Positions 1 to 10,555 of a stretch of 37,767 nt of DNA are shown here, in pieces; the first letter of the stretch is position 1; every line of letters starts with the position of its first letter. Both the position numbers and the translations under genes were made by a program. This DNA is from Octopus bimaculoides. Its lineage: Eukaryota. The stretch covers positions 100,307,277 to 100,345,043 of the forward strand of contig NC_068981.1 in the NCBI RefSeq assembly GCF_001194135.2, in the 5' to 3' direction. Below the pieces are notes generated by a model. That model was not told where the DNA came from. It worked only from the letters and a program-made list of their open reading frames with translations, and did no database searches.

Positions 1-247
1 GCGGGTGGCACATAAAAGACACCATTTCGAGCGTGGCCGTTTTCGTGCGGGTGACACGTAAAAGCACCCACTACACTCTCTGAGTGGTTGGCGTTAGGAA
101 GGGCATCCAGCTGTAGAAACTCTGCCAAATTAGATTGGAGCCTGGTATCGCCATCCGGTTTCACCAGTCCTCAGTCAAATCGTCCAACCCATGCTAGCAT
201 GGAAAGCGGACGTTAAACGATGATGATGATGATGATGATGATGATGA
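1..247 (+). mobile_element. 3' part of a SINE ending in a (GAT)n tail
   Basis: Contains GGTTGGCGTTAGGAAGGGCATCCAGCTGTAGAAAC and ...CCCATGCTAGCATGGAAAGCGGACGTTAAACG followed by (GAT)n at 219-247. Diverged copies of the same body recur at ~33440-33667 and ~34300-34530. Confidence 0.75.
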
Positions 248-261
248 CGTGGACCTACTAT

Positions 262-1849
262 TCATGCAAGTGCTTCTTCATATATTGTGTTTTCTGTCTT
301 GCCATTTTCATCACTGAGAATGTAGAGGTTCTTTTCATCTTCAACTCTAGAACAACCCACATACAGCTGACCATGTGAAAAGTAAGGTTGAAAGAGGTTA
401 AGTCCGACCCCCTTTAAAGATTGACCTTGTGCTTTGTTGATAGACATTGCAAAACTAAGTTTGACATGAAACTGCAGTCTCTTGAACTGAAAGGGGAGAT
501 CATTTGAGATGAGAGGTATCCTTGGAATGAAGACATTGTCACCCATCATGTTGCCATGATGGAGAAGAGGTTTCTCAGCTGCATAGGAGACTTGCACATT
601 TGTGCCTCTGTCAAAGTGACATCTCGGTGTGCATCATCTTCCAGAAGACCTCTGAGACGGCAAGCCTGGCAATATGCTTGACATACTGTTATCAATCATA
701 CATAAGGCTGTAAATGATGTGTGTCCCTTGACATGGTGTAATAGAAGCCTTAGATAATAGCACTCTGAGTAGTTGGGATGGACAACATAGACTCTGCCAA
801 GTGTGTCTGATTTCTTGATACATGGATGATGAGTGGGTGCTCCAAGTGCATGTCTTTTCCATTTGTTTTGGTTCCAAGTATAGAATTGTAGAACCTCATT
901 GTATAGCAGTCTTGTAGCAAATTCATAATCTTAACAGAGCTTGAAGAATGCTGTGAGTGTGGTATTTTTGGGTCTTCCATTTGTAGTTGGACTGTGTCTG
1001 TCAGTGTGCTGTCTCTGAGATGCTGGACAACGTCACGCTTGTCATGTTCTTGCCCAACCAGAACTACAGCTATTTTTATTTGCTGTTGGTGCATTAAACT
1101 TCCCTCCATGTTGACCAGATGGTTTCTTGTCTGATTTGATAAGTACCTTGTAATCCAGGGAGTCATTTGGAATTTTTTGAAGTGCAGTTGTGAAGCTTCT
1201 GATCAGGTTGTTGTTGCTATGCAGCATCTTTTGCAGAGACACTACAATGTTCATCCTGATGCCGGAAATGTTCTTGCACCTCTCTTGCCCTTCTTGTTGA
1301 GAATCACCCATAAAACATATTTGAAGGAATTTTGGTGATTCATTTGATAGAGGTAGTAGAGAGCCAATCTGATGATAAATCTGACCTTTGACCCTGAAAG
1401 TTTGCATGAATCCTGGCTCAGTTATATCTCTTGTGGCTCCAAATGATGTCTAATTTTGTTTTGGAAGTGCTTGATGACAACAGTTTCTTCAATGGCACTG
1501 GAGGTTGGTGGATTGCAGGGGGTTTAACCTTTGCACCACTGTAGCACAGTGCAGGTGTCTCTCCAGACTACTTCTTTGCTTTACAATGTATGCACTTAGT
1601 TGTCATTGCACCAATGGAAAGTCTAGTGTCATCTGCATGAACTGCTGGATCGCAATTGAAAGCTGCTTCATCAAAGTTGCTTCTCTGAGCTGTTGCAACT
1701 GCTCTTTGTTCTGCAATTGCAATCCTATTCCTTGTCAGTCATGCATACCTCTGGTCATCACTTTGAGATGCTTTGACTTTTGTAGTGCACAGTCTGTTTG
1801 TTTGTTGGTATGCTTCCCTTTCTGCTGCTATCTCTCTTTCCCTGGACAT
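262..1849 (-). pseudogene. Helitron RepHel gene remnant with two large internal deletions, stops and frameshifts
   Basis: Hand translation of the minus strand gives three Helitron-typical blocks. A (1849-1002): MSRERE..., AFNCDP...IGAMTTKCIHCKAKK*SGETPALCYSGAKV (Zn-finger-like), TSFGA...FRVKGQIYHQIGSLLP, KFNAPTA, IAVVLVGQEHDKRD. B (~1001-552): TTLTAFFKLC*, LLYNEV..YTWN, SDTLGRVYVVHPNYSECYYLRLLLHHVKGHTSF, GLLEDDAH, SPMQLRNLF. C (~550-262): PIF1-type helicase C-terminus VFIPRIPL..FQFKRLQF.VKLSFAMSINKAQGQSL...FSHGQLYVGCSRV. Confidence 0.9.
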
Positions 1850-2291
1850 TCTTTTGGCTGATCTTGATACTGTAGACAAATTTGCATAAGTACAGATTTC
1901 TTCCCCCACCCCCGCCGAATTTGGATGATCATAACTTTCAGAAAAATGAATATTTTTTAATAAAATTTTCAACAAACATGTGTTATATCATGTAGATTCC
2001 GAATACACAAAATTTTGCTGGGTTAAGTGTTTTGTGAGGGGGTGGGGTGAGGAATTTCTGAAAATTCACTGGAGTCCACTTCAATTCATCTTAACTTTCA
2101 AGAAAATAGTTATTATTTTTTTTTCATGAAATTCTCTACAAATATACCTTGGACTATGTAGATTCCAAGGGCAAAGGAATTTTGGAGGAAAACAATTGGG
2201 GGTTACTTTTGAGAACTGTTCCCCCACTCGTGGGTGTTTCGATTTGTTTCATTTTCTCTGTTTTGTGCATTTGTGCATCTGTAGATTTCTA

Positions 2292-2325
<34 letters not shown>
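1850..2325 (-). mobile_element. Probable Helitron 5' non-coding leader with internal ~160-bp direct repeat and (CA)n
   Basis: Lies immediately upstream of the RepHel ATG (1849). The motif TAACTTTCA.AAAAT...ATTTTTT.AT.AAATT..C...ATGTAGATTCC occurs twice (~1931-2010, ~2092-2168). (CA)n at 2293-2325 runs into the gap. The terminal TC is not visible. Confidence 0.5.
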
Positions 2326-2726
2326 NNNNNNNNNNNNNNNNNNNNNNNNNNNNNNNNNNNNNNNNNNNNNNNNNNNNNNNNNNNNNNNNNNNNNNNNNNN
2401 NNNNNNNNNNNNNNNNNNNNNNNNNNNNNNNNNNNNNNNNNNNNNNNNNNNNNNNNNNNNNNNNNNNNNNNNNNNNNNNNNNNNNNNNNNNNNNNNNNNN
2501 NNNNNNNNNNNNNNNNNNNNNNNNNNNNNNNNNNNNNNNNNNNNNNNNNNNNNNNNNNNNNNNNNNNNNNNNNNNNNNNNNNNNNNNNNNNNNNNNNNNN
2601 NNNNNNNNNNNNNNNNNNNNNNNNNNNNNNNNNNNNNNNNNNNNNNNNNNNNNNNNNNNNNNNNNNNNNNNNNNNNNNNNNNNNNNNNNNNNNNNNNNNN
2701 NNNNNNNNNNNNNNNNNNNNNNNNNN
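2326..2726. other. Assembly gap (N run)
   Basis: Run of N. Confidence 1.
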
Positions 2727-2905
2727 AGAGAATTTCATTAAAAAATATCCATTTTCTTGAAAGTGAAGACGAATTGAAGTAGACTCCGGTGAATTTTCTG
2801 AAATTCCCCACCCCCTCCTAAAATACTTACCCCACAAAAGTTTGTATATGGGGAGGGACAGAAATCTGTAGTTATGCCGACAAGTTTGACACTTTGTCTA
2901 CAGAA
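2727..2905 (+). mobile_element. Second, oppositely oriented copy of the Helitron-associated leader
   Basis: 2727-2845 is the reverse complement of ~2008-2137 (AGAGAATTTCAT.AAAAAATA..ATTTTCTTGAAAGT.AAGA.GAATTGAAGT.GACTCC.GTGAATTTTC.GAAATTCC). AGAAATCTGTA.TTATGC...TTTGTCTACAG at ~2860-2903 matches 1870-1903 on the minus strand. Confidence 0.6.
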
Positions 2906-5900
2906 ATACACGAGTGCAGAAGATAGTAAACAATGAAAATAACTTGGTAACAGAAATTATGTTTCTTAATATGACAGGCAGAAAATAAATAAGAAATTTT
3001 AATGGAAAATAATGTAATGTACGGGTTGAAGTGAAATTTGTCATTCAGTGAACCAAAGAGCCAATATCGAAGGAACCAGAAAGAAACCGTCAACAACAGA
3101 GAAACACAAAACCATACGGATTGAAATGAAATTTATGAAGATACTTCTGTTAGTAAATTATGAAACTACTTACATCAGTAATTGTGAACTTCTTTCTGTC
3201 AGTAATTTGTTGTTGTTTGTAAATAGCGATAGAAAGCTTAGACTTACATTGAAAACAGTAACATGGAAGTTAAACAATGGCGTAAGAAAATTGAAAGTGA
3301 AAAGAATAGTGCTTGAAAACTGAAAGTGAAAACAAGTGATATAGATAGAGAGATATGTTACAGAGAGATAGAGATAGATGAAGGGAGATGGATAGAGAGA
3401 TATACATAAAGAGATATTTTATGTCACTGATGCTAGAAAACTGGAAGTCAATATTTCAAAAACTTTCAAAGACGTGAATGTAATATAAAAAGCAATATTT
3501 TTTATTTTTAATAATTTTGAATAAAAAAAATCAGATGAACAGCCTATAACTTGTCCGAGGTGGAACTATTCATGCATCAGAAGTACGGAAGCAAATGGTG
3601 AAGCCATTTTTGCATGAAAATGGAATACGCACACATCTCTATTTTATATATTATTTTATATATTAGAAGATGATCTTGACATTCTTTTTACTTTGCATAA
3701 AATATTCTTTACATTCTACTGTTTGGTTTATTGCCATTTATTTACAAGTATTATAAATTTTATAGGTAAAATATTTTTCTGGGAACGAATTATGATTTAT
3801 AAGATTGCTATTATGGGAAATTATTGCTCTGATTTATGAGTTTTCACTTTACAGGTGGCCTGTAAAATAACTTGTATACCTAGGCATTACTGTATATTAT
3901 ATTATTAAGAAAGCACTCACTAATATGAATTTCAGTTGTTTAGTTTTAAGATGAGGGTGTGATAAGCATGTGTTTCTAAACTGAACGAAGAGAGAAGATT
4001 AATTTCATCTGTGGCTAATTTTTTTAATATATTTGTAAGCTAACAGACATAAAATTAATACATATTAATCAATCAAGTTGCATTAATATCATGTAGATTT
4101 GTATTATTATTCTCATTTCCATTCAAGTTCTGTTCTCTACTCTGTTTGTAAATGACATTACATTACATGCATGTGTGTGTGCATGTGAGAGAGACAGCGA
4201 CAGAAACAGAGACAGACAGACAGAGATAAAACGTTATGAACAGCCCAGTACATGACTTGATTTTGATTTCAAGTTGAATTAGTTTACTTTTCACGAAGAA
4301 GTGTATTGAGAAAAGCATGAACATCATAAATTCTGATGTTTTCATTTTCTAAAGATTGAAACATCTTGTACAAGAAATTATTATTATATTAGAATATCTA
4401 TATTTTCTTGTTCATAGTGATACTATCACAATGGCGCATGACAATTTTGTGCTATCAGATTTTGCATAATTTTCCTTTTGCTCTGAGATTATTACAATAT
4501 ATTATAGAACATATTCATACAGCAACATCTTCACATCTAACCTCTTGCTGTGAGGCTTCCAGCAGTATTTTCTATTATATCAAATATAGTATTTTGTTTT
4601 TCCAGAACTTCTCTTTGATGAAACTATGAGTTTCCATTGTCTTGCTTTATTTATTTATTTTTACAAATTATGATGATATCAATACTTAAAGCTACCAATA
4701 CAGTGAATGATTTTTATCAAATCCACTGCCTCTAGCTTATTAAACTATTTCATTTCTTGTTTCAGTAATTATTTGTTTAGTAACATTTCCAATAAATTTT
4801 ATACCTTTATAACAAATATGAAACTTTTAGAAAGAAATTACGTTAGCAATTAATTATTATGAATAAGAAAATATTTTATATTTCCCTGAAAAACATTTTC
4901 TTTTTTGGAGTCATTCACGTTCCTTGATATTATCTTAGATACACCATGTTTCATTTGAGAAATTTCTCTTGCAGTTTATATACTAATGGCTGCCAAAAAT
5001 ATATTGTTTAAATTTCATTGAGATACATTTACATGGTATTTTTCTTGTAAGGATTTGCCATAAAAGATTGGCATTTCTAATCATGGTTAGTCTTTGAAGA
5101 AGAAATATTTATCATTTATGTATATAAAAAAATATCTATTTTACTTTTTTTCAATTTTCTGATTATATATAATTTCTATCAATTTTTTTTTTTTTTTTTT
5201 TTTTTTGTACTTAGAGATTTATTCTTTTGAGATTGTCCAAGTTGTGTTTTTGTGTTTTAATCTGAAAATTAGCAAATACATTCTGCTTAAAGCTTGAATG
5301 TCTTCACAATATCTATTTCCCAGCAGTAACCTTACTAAAATAAATACATTTAATTGATAGAAGTTTCAAATAAATTACAATTTTTTCACCTCAACAACGT
5401 TTCCATTAATTCTTAACCAATTAAATGAGATACTGGAGGGAAAATTCTTGCAAGAAACATTTGCTGAATTAAAGGGAAATGCTTGAAATAGTAGAAATGA
5501 TATAATAATAAAAGCACATGATTTGGGTGTTAACATGACTCTTGGTATTGTGATAATTTGGGCTGTCATTGGTAACATATCTCCTTTTGCCCATCAAATA
5601 AATGTCAATGCAGGATTTCATTTTATCATTTGAGAGTATTGGAACAACATCAACTAGATAATTTGTGACAAAGATAGCTCAAGATCTAACAACATGGCTT
5701 CTGTTGTTGTTAGATACCATCTACTGTAGCTCTATAATCCATAAATGATGGAACAGATAAAGCTGACAGTTCATGTAGGATGAAAACTTAGTACTGCATG
5801 CTGATGAACTTATCACAAATTCAATATCTGTATTATCATGCAACTCTCCCCAACAACTTCTGAATTCAAATGAGTAAAGTGAGGCTGGAACTGTTCCTTT

Positions 5901-5938
5901 TCTCTTATATTCTTCCTTCATGTTTCACTTTCCCATAG

Positions 5939-6007
5939 CTTCATCTCAGTCACCTGACACTTCACTTGTTATTGTTGTTGTTGGTGGTGCAATTGTTATA
6001 CCAACAG
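5939..6007 (+). CDS. Weak candidate 69-nt phase 1-1 exon (SSQSPDTSLVIVVVGGAIVIPT, TM-like)
   Basis: Pyrimidine-rich acceptor TTCACTTTCCCATAG (ends 5938), donor ACAG|GTATAA (6008), frame-preserving and open. The hydrophobic stretch is partly a (GTT)n microsatellite, so it may be chance. Confidence 0.2.
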
Positions 6008-6620
6008 GTATAAATAGAACATGAATATAGAAAATAAAATAAATAGCTTACTTAGAAGATAGAAATAAAAACTGTTAACTGGCCAATAGTGATAAATTTT
6101 AATTTATCTAAAACAGTCATGAGCAAACTGCAACCTACAAGACTTTCTGAATGACATGTCTAAAAATTATCTTGAATTTTTTAATAGTGTGGCCCACCCG
6201 ATGATGAACCAGGCTTCATGCAGCTCCTTTCTTGGAAAAGGTCACCCATGCCTAATTTAAAATATACACAGCACTGAGTCAGAAGTTCAGAGCTCAATGT
6301 GAAAACTGAAGCACACTTGATGACAACACAATATTGAAGTCAACCAACACAAAAAAATAAACACACAATAATCAAAAACATGAAATTTATATACAAAAAC
6401 ATACAAAATATTGAGTGATTTTGCTGAGCCAATCTTCAGAATAATATTTATATTGCATATGTGAAACTAAAGTTTTTCTCATTAATAAAGGTAAAAATTC
6501 TTCAATTCATTTGATACGAACTGGTCTGAGACTGTCCTTGGTTCTATGATACAAACTTACTATTTTAAAGTGATCTAAATTAAAACCATCTATCAAAATT
6601 TCATGTTGATATACATTCCT

Positions 6621-6963
6621 GGTAAAGGTGCATGGCTCAATGGTTAGTGCATTGGGCTCACAATCATGAGGTAGTGAGTTCGATTCCTGGACGAAGCTGT
6701 GTGTTATGTTCTTGAGCAAGACACTTTATTTCATGTTGCTCCAGTTCACTCAGCTGTAGAAATGAGTTGTGACATCATTGGTGCCAAGCTGTATTGGCCT
6801 TTGCTTTTTCCTTGGTTAACATCGGTGGCATGGAGTGGCAAGGCTGGTATGCATGGGCATGACTGGTCTTCCATAAACAACCTTACCCAGACTTGTACCT
6901 TGGAGGGTAACTTTCAAGGTGCAATACCATGGTCATTCATGACTGAAGAGAGTCTTTACCCTT
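6621..6963 (+). mobile_element. tRNA-derived SINE, near full length
   Basis: Pol III A box TGGCTCAATGG (6633-6643), B box GAGTTCGATTCC (~6676-6687), then the central motif CTTGAGCAAGACACTTTATTTCA shared with the minus-strand copy at 21100-21385. Confidence 0.8.
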
Positions 6964-7105
6964 TATACATTCTTTACAATAAGGCTATCTTACCAACATT
7001 ATAGACCCCTGAGTAAATCAATGCACTGGAGCCTATAGTATTTATTTGTTTAAAGTGAACTAAATCAAAGCCAGCCATCAAAATTTCATGTTAATATGCA
7101 TTCCT

Positions 7106-7180
7106 GGTGAAGGCACATGGCTCAGTGGTTACAGTGTCAGGCTCACAATCATGAGGTAGTGAGTTCAATTCCCAGACTGA
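7106..7180 (+). mobile_element. 5' head of the same SINE (partial duplicate)
   Basis: GGTGAAGGCACATGGCTCAGTGGTTA...CACAATCATGAGGTAGTGAGTTCAATTCC, nearly colinear with 6621-6695. Confidence 0.75.
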
Positions 7181-7442
7181 GCAATCCACAGTATACATAG
7201 ATCAGAATAGGCTCCCTAGATCTACAGGGACACTGGGCAACTGCCCAGTGTACCTATGCCTTAAGATAGTGCTGCCAACAGCTTAATAATGACAAAGTTA
7301 TTTTACTAAATACTTGATTACTTTTACAATCAATTGAAACAAAGACAGTATATTTTAACAGAAATATTACAAAAGTGTTAATTTATTTTATCAGTTTCAA
7401 ATTTTTAAATACATTTTCTGCAAGTACATCTTCCTAGTTATA

Positions 7443-7958
7443 CAGTAATCCCTTGCCATATTGTGGTTCATCTATTGCACACTCAGTACATAGTGGTTCA
7501 CCTATTGTGCACTCAGTACATCATGGATTTTTCTGGCTAATATATGTAAATCTATATTGCAGACTCCTCAGTACATTGTGGGTTTCTGCAGTCAATAGGC
7601 ATTTATATTTTTTTAGATTTTAATTATTTCTGTGATAAAATAAGCATTTTCACACCTAAAAATTAATAAATAGAGTACAGTACTGCACTGTATAACACAT
7701 TAATTAAAATATATTAAAAGAAAATATATAGTGTACCGTAGATGAGTAAACAAAGAATCGCACATACTGTATGGAAAACGAAACTCGGGAAGCGAGTGTG
7801 TGGTATTGTTTTGCATTTATAATGAAATAAATATTTACAAATTATAAAAATGATAATAAATATGTACAGTACATTACAATACTGTTGCTACTTTGCGAAT
7901 TTTCACCTATCGCAGGAAGTTTTGGAACATAACACTTGCGATAGTCAAGGGATTACTA
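7443..7958. mobile_element. Tigger/pogo-like (Tc1-mariner) non-autonomous DNA transposon
   Basis: TA|CAGTAATCCCTTG at the left and CAAGGGATTACTA at the right (terminal inverted repeats). A subterminal ~29-bp tandem unit (GTGGTTCA.CTATTG..CACTCAGTACAT) occurs at ~7463-7522. Confidence 0.7.
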
Positions 7959-8084
7959 CAGTTGCTTTTAATATCTCAATATCTCATCATATAGCTACTA
8001 TCTACTTGAGCCTTTTCCCAATCAATCTATGAGATTTCATTTTAGGGATTTTTCTCTTTATAAAATACCTAGTCTTTTGCAATT

Positions 8085-8300
8085 TAGCTTGTTTTAGTCA
8101 TTGGACTGCAGCCATGCTGGGGCACCACATTCAAATGTTTAGTTGACTGTATCAATACCCCACCACCTCCACCATCACCTATGTACTACATATTTTATTG
8201 GTCTCTATTTATCAACCACTTTGTTACATATCATAAAGGACACCACATGAACAGCATTTTTCTTTAGAATGGTGTAAACATAAACAAAGACAGACAGACA
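8085..8300 (-). mobile_element. Degenerate SINE body fragment
   Basis: TTAGTCATTGGACTGCAGCCATGCTGGGGCACC matches the motif at 11508-11545 (TTCAGTCATTGAACAGTGGTCATGCTGGGGCACTG). Confidence 0.5.
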
Positions 8301-8499
8301 GACAGACAGACAGACATAGACACACATTACTTCTATTACCACTGTTAACAACAAAGGTCTCTCTCTTAGAGTGAAAAGTAGATTGTATGACACTTGTGTA
8401 TGAAGAACAATGATACATACCTCTAACCTCCATCTGTCATTGTACATCTCTCCCTCTCTCCCCACAAACTTTGTCCTTTACCTCACCTACACACACACA

Positions 8500-8757
8500 C
8501 CATCATCATCATGTGTAAAAGTTAGTATGTAAGTTTGTATCTCCTTGCCTGATTGTTGTAATTGCATGTCATTCATTTCCAATATCCTGCAAAAATATGT
8601 CTGGCCATGGGGAAATGTTACCATGCTTGGAAACAAAGCTTGATGATAAGGAGGGTATCCAGTAGTAGAAAATCAGCCTCAAACTCCATTGAGCCCATGC
8701 AAGCACAGAAAAGTGGATTTTGAAAATAATGATGATGATGATGATGATGATGACGAT
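8500..8757 (+). mobile_element. SINE 3' portion with (GAT)n tail
   Basis: AGGAGGGTATCCAGTAGTAGAAAA...CCCATGCAAGCACAGAAAAGTGGA followed by (GAT)n ~8730-8757; parallels the tail at 1-247. Confidence 0.6.
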
Positions 8758-9041
8758 GAAAGGTGAAAACTGATACTGGTGTCATTTGAACTCAAAACAG
8801 ATTGATGGGAATGCATTGAGAAACATTTAGTCTGATACTATGATGTTTCCAACTCCCACAGACTTCACTACAAACATTATTAATAGCAATAACCTGCGTT
8901 TGTCTTCATCCTTTCACATATAAACAGCATTTGTTAGATAACTCTCCTTTTATCAGTTCCTAGTTATCTCATTGCCCTCTAAGAGATGCTTAACAGCCAT
9001 GAGTCTGTACTTGGTCTTAAGTACTGCCGTCACTTTGTTTC

Positions 9042-9085
9042 ACTTACCTGGTAGCAGAGTAGGTAGGAAGAGAAAATAGATTAGT
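9042..9085 (-). promoter_or_regulatory. Candidate recursive splice site (ratchet point): branch point + polypyrimidine tract + CAG|GTAAGT
   Basis: Minus strand reads AACTAATCTATTTTCTCTTCCTACCTACTCTGCTACCAG GTAAGT: a CTAAT branch-point match, an AG-free pyrimidine-rich tract, CAG (9050-9048) and a consensus donor (9047-9042) directly abutting. Confidence 0.45.
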
Positions 9086-9196
9086 TTTAGTCTTCGATTA
9101 ATATTCCACTTTGAGCAAAGATGCAGTTTAGGAATATTAAATCAACTTCCTTCTGTTAACTCTGAAACAATGAAAGTCGATATGTTTTAGCATAAA

Positions 9197-9468
9197 TCAG
9201 CGTGACTGTGTGGTTAGGAAGTTCACATCAAGACTATGAGGTTTTGGGTTCCATCCCACTATGTGGTACCTTGGTTAAATGTGCTTTCTACTGTAGCCTC
9301 AGGCTGACCGATGTTTTGTGAGTGAAATTTGGGAAAAAGAAACTGTACAAAAGCTAGTCATTTAGATATCTATCTATCTTTGCCTAGTAAATTTTTTTAT
9401 TTACTAAAAAAATTCAAAACCTATAGGTCTAACCGTTATATATATGTGTGTGTGCGTGTGTGTGTTTG

Positions 9469-9553
<85 letters not shown>

Positions 9554-9560
9554 GTGTACA
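9197..9560 (+). mobile_element. tRNA-derived SINE head plus (GT)n
   Basis: GTGACTGTGTGGTTAGGAAGTT...GGGTTCCATCCCAC...ACCTTGG...TTCTACTGTAGCCTCAGGCTGACC, homologous to 29170-29320; (GT)n ~9444-9556. Confidence 0.65.
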
Positions 9561-9619
9561 TATATACATAGACATCCACCCCCACCCCACACAGATGAAC
9601 AAATATATTAGATTCTTTC

Positions 9620-9659
<40 letters not shown>

Positions 9660-9714
9660 TTATATACATGTCTATATGTATTTATTATATATATGTTTAT
9701 ATGTAATCCACTTT

Positions 9715-9920
9715 TCCATGGGTCAAATGGAATTTATTGAGGCAGATTCTCTATGACCAGATATCCTTCTATCACCAACTCTTGTTTTCTGCAAGGTAAC
9801 GTTTCGTCTTGACTGAACACCTTTTCAGGGAAGACTGAAAATGAATGACATGGCTTGTATAATGGTGACACTCATTTACAAAGATCACATGACATCAACA
9901 CAAAGAAACACAAACACACA
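9715..9920 (-). mobile_element. SINE fragment (reverse of the 8500-8757 type)
   Basis: CTTTTCCATGGGTC...GATATCCTTCTATCACCAAC...GCAAGGTAAC is the reverse-complement counterpart of motifs in 8600-8710. Confidence 0.45.
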
Positions 9921-10006
9921 CGCATAAATATTCTCCTCCTCTTCATCATCATAATCATCATTTAGTGATCATATTCCATAATGGTATGGGTTAGAGTGAG
10001 GGAGGA

Positions 10007-10043
<37 letters not shown>

Positions 10044-10054
10044 CAGATAGATAG
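10007..10054. repeat. (GATA)n microsatellite
   Basis: Direct reading. Confidence 0.95.
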
Positions 10055-10059
10055 GAACA

Positions 10060-10345
10060 CTGTATCAATGAGATTGTCGGATGTTGTTATACACTGCTGG
10101 TCACAATGTGCTTCCATGCATTGTTGTTGCTTTTGAATGATATAACCTTGTTGGCAAGGCAGGCCAACATTCTTCCGGAATGGAATGCCAGTCTATTGCA
10201 GGGTTACCTGTTTACAGCTTAATCGACTGGTGCAACATAAAATGAAGTGTTTTGTTCAAGAACTCATTTCACCACCAGTCTAGAATTCGAAGTCATGACC
10301 TTATAATTGTGAGTGCCACACCCTAAACATTAAGTCACACAACTT
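10060..10345 (-). mobile_element. Degenerate SINE of the 6621-6963 type
   Basis: AAATGAAGTGTTTTGTTCAAGAAC...GAATTCGAA..CATGACCTTATAATTGTGAG is the reverse complement of the head/central motif at 6660-6735. Confidence 0.55.
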
Positions 10346-10354
10346 CATGCATGC

Positions 10355-10555
10355 ACACACACACACACATACACACACACACACACACACACATACACAC
10401 ACACACACACACACATATGAATACTTCTTTCTGTTTCTGTCTGCCAAATCCACTCACAAGACTTTGGTCAGCCTGAGGCTATAGTAGAAGACACTTACCC
10501 AAGGTACCATACAGTTGGACTGAACCTAAAACCATTTCTTAATCACCCAACCATG
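10355..10555 (-). mobile_element. (CA)n plus SINE 5' head in reverse orientation
   Basis: (CA)n ~10355-10416, then CTTCTTTCTGTTTCTGTCTGCCAAATCCACTCACAAGACTTTGGTCAGCCTGAGGCTATAGTAGAAGACACTTACCCAAGG, the reverse complement of the 29170-29320 head. Confidence 0.7.

Larger units (their letters stand above)
6500..7381. mobile_element. Decayed TTAA-type (piggyBac-like) MITE interrupted by SINEs and a MITE fragment
   Basis: Right end ...ATTACAAAAGTGTTAA resembles the AAAGGGTTAA end at 23834-23842. Body segments 6505-6620 and 7275-7381 flank the inserted SINEs. The left end is degenerate. Confidence 0.4.

Noticed and set aside
2149-2837. Long ORFs spanning N runs (also 27547-28097)
   Set aside because: Artefacts of untranslatable gaps and dinucleotide repeats.
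4300-5930. Possible decayed coding region (e.g. LLWQILTRKIP kinase-like, IIIKAHDLG cadherin-like, minus 61-nt exon-like ENENIRIYDVHAFLNTLLREK at 4288-4348)
   Set aside because: Motifs are short and isolated, every frame has frequent stops, and no consistent family emerges.
6621-6695. tRNA-like A/B boxes here and in other SINE heads
   Set aside because: They continue into SINE bodies and lack a complete cloverleaf, so they are not tRNA genes.
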